Source: Octopus sinensis
Taxonomy: Eukaryota
DNA length: 64,000 bases
Assembly: GCF_006345805.1 (NCBI RefSeq)
Contig: NC_043001.1
Span: forward strand, 118,606,001 to 118,670,000
Direction of reading: 5' to 3'
In this document: positions 35,093 to 44,725 of the stretch, piece by piece
Numbering within the stretch: position 1 is the first letter of the stretch
Layout of the letters: each line of letters begins with the position of its first letter
Notes under the pieces: generated by a model
Seen by the model: the letters and a program-made list of their open reading frames with translations, nothing else
What the model was told of the DNA's origin: nothing
Databases searched by the model: none
Made by a program: the position numbers and the translations under genes

Positions 35093-37746
35093 AACAACAG
35101 AAATTAATTGAAGAATATTTGAAGAAAATAAAAGAATTTATTACACTGAATGATACTTTGAAAAGAAAAGTGGAGAACTTACTTCGGAACTTTGATGACA
35201 CAAGTCCTCATTCTGTTGAAGGTGTATCTAATTTATTTTCGTCTTCTTATGAAGATGAAGAAGATAACACTTCAATTAACGTCCTTCGAAGAACAGCCGA
35301 TAATTCGGTCACTAAGTTGTTAGTCATGTGTAATTATCTTGAATTTTACACTGATGCTATCGATCAGATTACAGATGAGATCAACCAACTCCAAGGTGAA
35401 ACCAGTCCTGTAATAAATTCTGGCTCTACATCTACAACTATTGCAGCAGCCACTGCTGAGCCAACACAAAACTCAGAAGATACAACTGAAAGCAGACAAA
35501 ATGTAGCAGCCACTTCAGTAGAACCTGACCTACGTGGCAATAATAGCAGTGAGTCGAGACGATTTAGTAGTACAAGGTTTTCTCAGTCGTCTGAGACCTA
35601 TCTGTCTAATGGTAATCCTGACCAAGATCCTAGTGCCAATGCTGAGTCAGTGTTATCCAACTCAGTTCAGATATATTCTGGAGAGACTGGAAGTGCTACA
35701 ACTGGTCCTGAAGACTATACAGCAACAGATAGAGAGCTTGAGGTTTCCTATGTGGCAGATTCTGAAGAAGGGAATAATTCTTCTGCTGGTTTTAACTACA
35801 ATAATGCAAGTGATGATGATGATCTGTTTGATTGGTATGTAGATGAGGAGGAAGTCACTAGTGATGTTTCTTCTTCAATGCATTCCTCTCTTGTTACTAA
35901 TGTCCCACTGGAATCCACTGCAAATGATGCTACATCTCAACCAGAAAATTTTTTTGATCCAGAATATTGGATTGACACATACTATCCACAATCATCTGAC
36001 AGAGGTAATGAAGTTCGCACACCAGAGAATGGGGTTGAGTTTGATAATGTCAGTGTAAATGCCACTGATGGAGATTCATACACACATCACTCAGAGGAAA
36101 ACTATCTCTCATCTAATTATCTTTCATCGCCTTCTGTAACATCTGTACAGTTTTCCCCTTTGGTCTCATCGTCACCACAACACGAGTCTGATAGTGATAT
36201 GTATGTCTTATTTTCAGATTACAGTGATGATGATGAAGTCAATCATGATATTGAACTGGTATCTGAGAACGAAGTCAGATTCGCCGTGCCGTTAGAGTCT
36301 CATTGTGATAATCCTCATTCAGACGACAGTAGGACTATGAGTGATGATGAGGACGAGGGGGATGATGATGATGATGATGAGGATGACGACGACGACGACG
36401 ATGACAGAAATAATTCGGTTTATCAACTTACTTTCTTGGAAAACCAGAATTCAATACGTGAGGAAAATGATGAAGAAACATCCAGTCCAGCAAATGTGTG
36501 TCTGTTTGATCAGCCTGAAGATTCCAGTACTGTGAGAGTTTCTACCACAAACAATTCAAACCTAGACATCAATGAAGTTAGTATAACACATGTTTACTCT
36601 TCTGATAATAAATTGTCTGCCCCTAATGAAAGACCCGTGAACCGAGTTTCATCCCAGGTGTCACTTTATCAGCAAAGACACCGTTACTATGACTTCAACT
36701 CTGAACCACTTGCTGTCCCCAGTCAACACCATGTCTTACGCTTACTTCAGTCCAATAAAGACTCCATGCGGTTCAGTCAGCATGTGGTGTCAGGTAACAC
36801 TGAGTCTACTCGTCAAACTCCGGGTGTATCTATAAAAATTGAACCTACATTAGATTTCATACGGGTTTCATCCTCGGATTCAGGAAATATTCAAAAATCA
36901 ACCCTGACCACCCGAACAGTGTGTGTACCCCTGCATGACATGAACACTTGCAATTCAGATGATGTAAAAGTAATTAGTGAGAGAGTTGTCCAGGCAGATA
37001 CTACTCTTCAATATCCTTCTTCTCAAAACACATCACGATACAACCAACGCAGGAAAAGGCAAAATTCATCACCTTCTGCTAATAGCTTTCCTTCAAAAGT
37101 CCGCCGTGGGCGTGATCACTCAAACTTTTATCCCCAATCCACCTTTACAACTACCATACGAAATCGTGTTAAGTCTCTAAAAAATGAACAGAACACTTCC
37201 AATCAACATCTTAAACATCATTTTCCCAATCGGCAGCATGCTTCACAAACTACCACTAGCACTGCTGCTTCCAGTGCAAATATTTCTGCTCCTTCAAACA
37301 CTGCTGTTATGTCATCATGTCGACCGAGTTCTCGTTACACTACACTTCACTCTAGTTGGCGAGGAACAGAACCTTGTAACAACAACAGAACAAGATGCAA
37401 TACAAAAAAAACTGCTGCTGCTTGTGAAAGACAAATGACTACACAGACTAATGTCCAAATTAACCAATTAGAAGATAGATCATTGCCTAATGTGAACTCT
37501 ACTGATGGTACTGTGCTCTTTGGCCTGCCACTGCCAGATCAATTACATTCCCACAGATCTGAGCACACTCTTGACCAAACAGATTCAGACAATGCTAGTT
37601 ATGAACCATCAGAGAGCTGCTCTGATTCTGAGGTTCCAGAATCTGACAGTAGTTATGAAGTATTAATACCAAAAACTATTTCTCAATTATTAGATGAATA
37701 TAATTCTGATGAAACGGATGAGAGTTGGTCAGTTGGTATGGACTAA
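35093..37746 (+). CDS. RING/TRAF-ZnF E3 ligase, coding exon 2: coiled coil plus very long acidic Ser/Asp/Glu-rich disordered region
   Basis: Poly-T acceptor ttttcag ends at 35092, and A+AA restores the frame (KKKSEKQQKLIEEYLKKIKE..., a continuous heptad-like helix). 2.65 kb stop-free in AT-rich DNA. TAA at 37744-37746 and AATAAA near 37836. Joined CDS is 3162 nt, 1053 aa. A small additional exon in the 6.5-kb intron cannot be excluded. Confidence 0.8.
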
Positions 37747-39431
37747 AATTAAATTTTTCAGGAAAAAAAAAATCATCAATTTAAAATGAAAAGTTTTTTA
37801 AATCTCTTCCTTCCATATTTAACTTTTATATAATTAATAAAAATCAACTACCCATTTTTGATTTTGACTATTTCTAATTAAAAGTAAATTCTTTTTTAAT
37901 TTCCTTTGTTTAATTTCATGATTTGTAATGTGTTGATTTTTTTGCCCTCTTTTTTTGTAAAGAGCAAAAAGTTAATCATTTTTATTGTTTTTAAAACTCG
38001 TTTGAGACTATATATATTATGAAATACACTATTTGTAGGTTTCAGTTAATTTGGAATATAGAGGTGTAAAATCCTTTGGAAATCTATATCCATCGAAAAA
38101 GCCACAAAGATGGTATAGTGAAAAACTTGGGGTAAAAGAGAAAGAATATAAACAACGAGTGTAATTAAAAGCATTAATAATATGACTTTTCCATAATATA
38201 ATAATATTGGTTTCAACTTTTGGTTTTAGATCAAAATCCTTGCAAAACAAGAAATATTTGGAAGATATTACTAATTAACTTTCATATTACTAATCTTGTG
38301 TGTGGAACATAAAAAAAGTCCCTTAAATCATTATAGAAGATTTTAATTTAGATATGAATATTTGATAATGAGATGTTTTGTATTAGGAAACCAAAGGTAT
38401 CAAGCAGGGTCGGTATCAAAAGGGTTAAATGTTTTCTTGTCATTATAGACTTCTCCTCACCTTAGCAAGCTGTGTGCATATCTTGTCTTTTCAGGTTTAC
38501 TAATAAATCTAAATATTTCTATTAATGCTGCTGCTTAGGAAGAATATCGAGACACAAGACTCAGATATGATGGTGGAGTGATTCAGTGTTGTTTAGTTTT
38601 AGGCCAGCCATGATGTTAATGGCTACATTATCTAATGTTGGGTGCAATTGAAAAAAAATGTTGCTGCTATTTCTAGCAGATTGAATGACCATGTGGAGGT
38701 ACCTTAATTGGCTCTTGATCAAAGTGCTTGTCTCCTTAGTGATCATCTGGAGGTCAAACCCTGATACTAGCATTTCCTCTTTTCAAACCTGTTGCTGATT
38801 GATAACAGTTTGTTTAAATTTTGCAATGAGGGTTATAATTTATGAATTATAACTATATCCACATTAAATTTTGGAATATCACATCTTTTCTCTGCCAGCT
38901 TACTCACTCTGCTTTCTCTTTCCTTATTGCTTTATTTTTAATAATGATGTGACGTTTTTAGGAAGAGGATAAAATGAATATAGAAAGATGGAATAAAATT
39001 CAGCTAAAAGTGATTCTTACATAGGCACAAAGGCTCAAAGTTTAAGGTAGGGGTATAATCAGTTTATATATTTCTTCATTGGTATTTTAATTTATCAACA
39101 CTTAGAAGGATGAAAGGCAAAGGTGACTGGCAGAATTTGCACTCAAAATTTAAAAGGCTGTAACTAAATACCACAAAGCATGTTTCTTTAAGCTCTAACA
39201 ACCCTGCCAATCAACTGTTCTCAAGAATAATGTTAATTTCTCACATTGATGTAAAGTCATGCATTAAATCAATTCCTAGTATTTAACTATTGACCTTCCT
39301 CTGGAAGGATGAAAGGCAAGGCTGATTTCACAAGGATTTTAACCAAAAAATGACAAAGACTGTAGCTAAATATAGCAAATGATTTTGTTCAACACTTATG
39401 ATTCTGCCACTCGAGTGTCTTTAGGATAGCC

Positions 39432-39578
39432 TTGATATCAACCCATTTGATACCAACCCATTTGATATCAACCCATTTGATACCAACCCATTTGATATCA
39501 ACCCATTTGATACCAACCCATTTGATATCAACCCATTTGATACCAACCCATTTGATATCAACCCATTTGATACCAACC
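39432..39578 (+). repeat. 15-bp minisatellite organised as 30-bp dimers (TTGATATCAACCCAT-TTGATACCAACCCAT), about 5 dimers
   Basis: Direct reading; strict alternation of T and C variants. Confidence 0.95.
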
Positions 39579-40063
39579 TGCCTGGTTTTGATTCAAACTT
39601 TTTAAAGCGATCTAAATTAAAACCTTCCATTAGAATTTCCCATTGTGTTCCAAATACCAGCTTAATGACTGTTATTTTACTAAATTCTTTGGTATTTTCA
39701 AAATTAATTAAAACTAAGGTAGTGTGTGTCAAACATAAGGTAACAAAAGATTTGTATAAGAATAGGTGAATGGCAGAAACAGTAACACACGAGAGCAAAC
39801 TCTACTAACATGGCAGAATGAATAAACTTTTGATTCAACTCAGAAAATTTATAAAGCAGCAAAGAATCATGGAATAAGATGTTAAAATTAAGGTTTGTGT
39901 AAAATCCCTTCTCAATGAAATTCTGTATTAAAACCTTGTTATGGTCAACATAAATCCTTAAAAATGTTTTAGCCCAAAGGCCGCGGCCATGCTGGGGCAC
40001 CACCGCTGTAAACAGACGTTTTTTGTTTTTTGGGAGTGTCGAATGTGTATCACATCATACAGA

Positions 40064-40467
40064 CAAGGAAGTAATATTTCACAGTAAAACCATGAAAAAG
40101 CAGAAAGATTGGGTTTTACCCTTATATGATAGAAAAAGTTGTCAACTGTTTCCATGGTTATACTGCATTTAAGATATTCCTTTTTTGTTTGTATGATACA
40201 CATTTGATGTTTCCAAAAAACAAAAAAATACTTGTTTACATGAATTGTTGCATTTCAAATATTGCTATGTATTTAGTGTTTAATTGGACAGGGATTGTTG
40301 TCAGCGGGCAATCTAGCTTAATGGTCGAGTACTCAGCTGGTATCTGAGATGTGCAGGTTCAAGTCCTGAGGCTGTCTGATGACAACTTATTCTATCATAT
40401 AAGGGTAAAATACCCAATCTTTCTGCTCTTTTCTCAGCTATACTGCTTTTGAAATGTTACTTTCTTG
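40064..40467. repeat. Inverted repeat with about 80-88-bp arms (40064-40144, 40380-40467) enclosing the tRNA-like sequence
   Basis: agcagaaagattggg-ttttacccttatatgatagaaaaagttgtca versus rc agcagaaagattgggtattttacccttatatgatagaataagttgtca, extending imperfectly outward (caaggaagtaatatttca / caagaaagtaacatttca). Confidence 0.85.
40307..40377 (+). tRNA. tRNA-like cloverleaf, nominal anticodon GGT (Thr); probably pseudo-tRNA or repeat-borne
   Basis: GGCAATC TA GCTT AATGGTC GAGT A CTCAG CTGGTAT CTGAG ATGT GCAGG TTCAAGT CCTGA GGCTGTC T: A-box, B-box, perfect 5-bp anticodon stem with 7-nt loop. One mismatch and two wobbles in the acceptor stem. Confidence 0.5.
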
Positions 40468-41172
40468 TTATGGTCAGTTTTGTTGTTTGACCATCTGGTG
40501 TTGATAAGGAGAATACTGTTCTCTATTTCCTGTTTATTTCAATTACATTTGCTGCTCATGGTTTGGTACATGAATGTCAGATGCAATTACTAAATATAAA
40601 ATACTGATATAATTTGGGTTGACATTTATTTAATATCATAATTAGTGAACAATTAGCTTTATTATTTACAGGGTCCCTAAGAGCCAATAACTGCTTTTCA
40701 GCATTTATGATAAAAGGGAGTGTTTGTTAGTTGCTACAAAACAAATTTCTGTTGGGACTACATTTATGAAACGCTTATTTTTCCCATTTTTTAACCAGTG
40801 TATCTACATTGGCAAAGTTTATCTTCAACACCATTGCTTTTATGTTTGCTTTTTCTATACTGGTTTCGGTTGGATGAGACTTTTTGAGGTGATATCCTAA
40901 CTGGATGCCCTTCCTAATGCCAATCCTTGTTTTAAAGTAGAGTATTATATCCCACTAGTTGTATGTTTAAACTGACTTGCTGCAGGACAGAAACATCACC
41001 ATTACTCAAGCAAAAACATTCAAGATAAATATACTAACACACACACACACACACATGTCCTAGATATACAAAAGGAAAAGTTTAAACAACCTGAGTTTAA
41101 ACAACCACATAATCCGTGTTGAATTACTAAAAACGTTTTGATCAGTCAGAAACAAGCAAAATTATCTCTTAA

Positions 41173-41392
41173 CCCTTTCATTACTGTATTTATTTTGAGA
41201 TGCTCTGTGTTTCTTTCAATCATTTTAAATATAACAAAGAATTTTGTAAAATAACTTAGTTATCATTAAGTTAGTATTTGGAACATAAATTGTGACTAAG
41301 GTTTGGTGGAAGATTTTAATTCAGAACTTATGAAAACAAGACATTTTACCACAGAGCCAGAGCCGGTTTTGGCCGGGTTAGTAACAAAAGGG
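41173..41392. mobile_element. piggyBac-type MITE
   Basis: TTAA|ccctttcattact ... agtaacaaaaggg|TTAA: CCC/GGG termini with TTAA duplication. Confidence 0.8.
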
Positions 41393-42103
41393 TTAATGCC
41401 TTAAAAATGGAAAAGATACATTAGGTTATGTTGAGCTATAAACTCTTAAAAAAGACATGATGGTCTTGGTGGGAATGACTTTGGTCATTGGTCTGTTCAG
41501 TCAGGACTGATCCTGGATTAAACAACAAATTTCTCTGAGCCACTCAACTTGCTAGAAATAGTGCTCTGATTTCCCTCAAATTACACCTGACTGCCTTACT
41601 AAATGGAAAGGACACATTAAAGAACGAACCTCTTGATATATCCTCCCAAAAGGATGGTTACAGCTGGAATGTCTTCATGTTTGGTCAATCAGATTTGACT
41701 TTGATTAAACAAAAACCATGATAGTAAGTAATCATAGGTCACTTTCCTTGTATAAATACTATCCCTTGTACATCTACATTCAATACGAAGTACTTTTCTT
41801 TTTAATACAAGAAAAATAGACAGATGAAGTGGTTGACAAAGGAATAAGTACACAGATAAACAAACAGGTAGAGAGATAATAGATAAATAGAAAGATAGAT
41901 GTGCAAACACTATTTCGCTGGGTAAATAAACATTAATCTTATCAAAACTTCTAAGGCCCATTGTGTTGTCACCTAAACAAGGTTACTTTAGTTTAGTTGT
42001 TTCTGTGTATTCAAAGAATACCTATAGATATATTCGTAATAAGTATATATATATATATGTATGTATAAATGGAGTTTAATGCAGGTATAATTCAAATACT
42101 TTT

Positions 42104-42188
42104 ACTTCTGACATGTTTCAAAGATTTCACTGATATTATTCAAAAGAATAAATGGTGTAAAGCAATGTAATCTTCTCTTCAGGGAAGT
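42104..42188 (-). ncRNA. Minimal type-I hammerhead ribozyme motif (Penelope-associated, probably decayed)
   Basis: Minus strand reads ACUUCC-CUGAAGA-GAAGAUU-(42 nt)-AAUCUUU-GAAAC-AU-GUC-AGAAGU: conserved core, 7-bp helix II, palindromic ACAUGU helix III and 5-bp helix I. Confidence 0.6.
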
Positions 42189-42439
42189 GAAGAAATGAAA
42201 CTCTTCAATAAGACATTTTAACAGAAAATGGTGGATATGTATAGTGATTTACTGAACGCTATTAATATTGTTTGAAAAAAACATTATATTATATAACATC
42301 AGAAGTAGCCTATAGAAAGAGGAGGGATATGTTAAATATAAAAAGAAAATTAGTGTTTAAATTATATATAATGATAGACATTACTTATATGAACTAAGGG
42401 TGTGTTTTTGCCAATGTTTACATCGGTATGCACGTTCTA

Positions 42440-42975
42440 TAACCGTGTTTAATAGGGGATTTGTAGAAAAAATAATGAAAAATAGTTCAGAATTACAGAG
42501 AAGACAGAATTCCTTGCTTTGTTATAAGATATCGAGATTGAGAGAATCAACCATTCTAAATTAAATTGTTCATTGTGGTTTTTTTTTAGATCCCAAATTA
42601 ATTTACTGAGCCCTGTACTGTTACGCTTATTCCTATCCCTAAATGTTGAGTAATGGATAGAAATTGTTTTAGATAACTGTAACGACATGCTTCCAATGTA
42701 AAATCGTACTTTATTACGAGTACTGATTATACACTTGTATATAAATTTTTTTATTTTAGAGTTACTTGACATAAGCTTAATTCTGTTGGAATTGACTTCA
42801 GATACAATAACCTTGTTATTAATATTTCTAGAGGGATGGATGGTATTAGCTAAATTAATGTTAGTATTAATAAATGTATTAATATTTAACAATTTGTTAT
42901 TATGTGAAGAGATAATTTGTAAGAGATTTTTTGTGTTGGAAAAACCAATCCTAACCGTATGTGACACCGTGCGTT
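42440..42975 (-). mobile_element. Penelope-like element fragment (GIY-YIG endonuclease region)
   Basis: HTVRIGFSNTKNLLQIISSHNNKLL...FIYKCIISTRNKVRFYIGS...HYSTFRD...STGLSKLIWDLK...LEWLIL, then (frameshift) FCLLCNSELFFI. This matches the PLE linker, the GIY-YIG domain and the C-terminal CxLC pattern. Confidence 0.75.
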
Positions 42976-44292
42976 TTAGGGTTAGGGTTGTCATAAATAA
43001 CAGTGACAAACGAAATATACACCGCCGGAAGTTCTTGTTGACAAACAACAGCAGTAATTTTATTCAGCTGAATACACGTCATTGATTGGTTGAAATTACT
43101 GAAATACGACAACTTTAAGGTGAAATAACTTCGTAAATATAAATTTTTCTCAAAAATGCTAATAGTAAAACATGTTTTATATGACACATTCTACTAGTGT
43201 CCGAAGTTTGAAAGTGTTTAGTTACAAAAAATTATTTTTTAAATCTGTAGGTCAAAAGGTAAAGATCAAAGTAGTGTAAACGTTAACTTATCTCCCGTTT
43301 AATTTTTATTTACTTTTTAAATCTAACCAAACTGAACAATTACCCCAAAATACTAACAAAACATTTTATTAAAAAAAAAATTATAGTTTATAAACATCTC
43401 TCTCATCAGTCAAAAGATTCTGGAATGGGTCATCATTACATTGATATCGCTACATGAATTCAACTAAATAATGATTAAGGCATGTCCTGGCTGTTCCAAT
43501 TTCTCTTTTATTCTGTCCTAGGCGAGCAACTCTTGCCTCGGTCAAGCTGTCACACTTAAACGAAAAAGGGCCCAGGTTTTCAACGTGCCAATCAAAAACA
43601 CGAGTTGTAAGCATTAAAACTGATCATTTCAGCGAAATCAGAGGAAGTAATGTAAATAGTGCAGGGGTAATTTGAAATCGGGTTCAGGATACCCCAGTGG
43701 GTAATTTGGAATCGATTTCACTTACCGGGAGATAACTTGCAATGGGGAAGTTGAAACCTTTACACCGGTATTTACGATGACAAGAAACTACACAGATTCA
43801 CCGGAATTAATATCAATAAGGGATTTTAGTTTAAATCACCGATTATATACATCAAATTCCTAATCTGTCGTATTAATAGAAGGCAAGGTTTATTTTTACA
43901 ACTTAAAAGTTAGACAACATCAAAGACCTTATTTAATAATTTGAAAACAATCTAAATTCGTATAAATCATCAGTTTTATTATAGAAACAAGACAAATAAG
44001 TGTAAGAGTTAAAAGCTTTAAGAAAATTACCTCCCTTAGTTTATTCATCACTTCACTGTGTGGAGGTAAGATTAGTGTATCATGTCAACATAGTTTCGTA
44101 ACTAAGGTCAACTGTTGACATTCCTTAATTCCTCGCACCTTTTATCCGACCGGATATATTCTTTATTCGTGTTATTATTATTATTGATTCATCCTAGCAT
44201 AAAGCCAACGAAGATAATATGTTTAGATTAGCTTTAGGGTCACGTAGCTGAACGAAGACTTGTTCTTCTATGAGAATCGGATATTAGAAGCG

Positions 44293-44431
44293 ATGTTCGC
44301 CAAAATCACTTTGGCCGGTTCTTTTGTGTTCTTCACAGTTTTGTATCTTTTGAGATGGATGAAACGAAAGAAATTGAACATAAAAGGCAAAGTTGTCCTC
44401 ATTACTGGAGCGACATCCGGACTTGGGAAAG
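44293..44431 (+). CDS. DHRS7B: Short-chain dehydrogenase/reductase DHRS7B-like, exon 1
   Basis: ATG at 44293. N-terminal hydrophobic anchor (ITLAGSFVFFTVLYLL), then KVVLITGATSGLGK (Rossmann TGxxxGxG). Donor G|gtttgt at 44432. Proposed join: 44293-44431, 48216-48319, 50398-50617, 51752-51844, 53320-53472, 55559-55770 = 921 nt, 306 aa, all phases compatible. Confidence 0.9.
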
Positions 44432-44508
44432 GTTTGTTAATTAAATTTGTTGGCGTCCGAAATCCATAGTTTATCCCTTATTTTCTTTGCCTAACCCCAA
44501 CTTTATGC

Positions 44509-44725
44509 GGTAGTACTTAAGAAGAGGGGTCCGCGCTAGCTAGTCGTGACTAGTCGATCCCTACTTTGTCTTTTTGTGTTTTATTTACTTTGTTTTAAAA
44601 AAATTATTTTGTGTTTTATTTACTTTGCTAGGTAACCGTTGTAGGATCGACTAGTCACGACTAGCTAGCGCGGATGCGCGAGTACACGAGTGCGCGCACC
44701 GGGACCACTCTTCTTAAGTAGTACC
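44509..44725. mobile_element. Foldback MITE (217 bp) with 9-bp TSD in DHRS7B intron 1
   Basis: actttatgc at 44500-44508 and 44726-44734. Arms ggtagtacttaagaagaggggtcc...gcgctagctagtcgtgactagtcgatccctac are mirrored on the right, with one internal insertion of about 30 bp. Confidence 0.85.
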
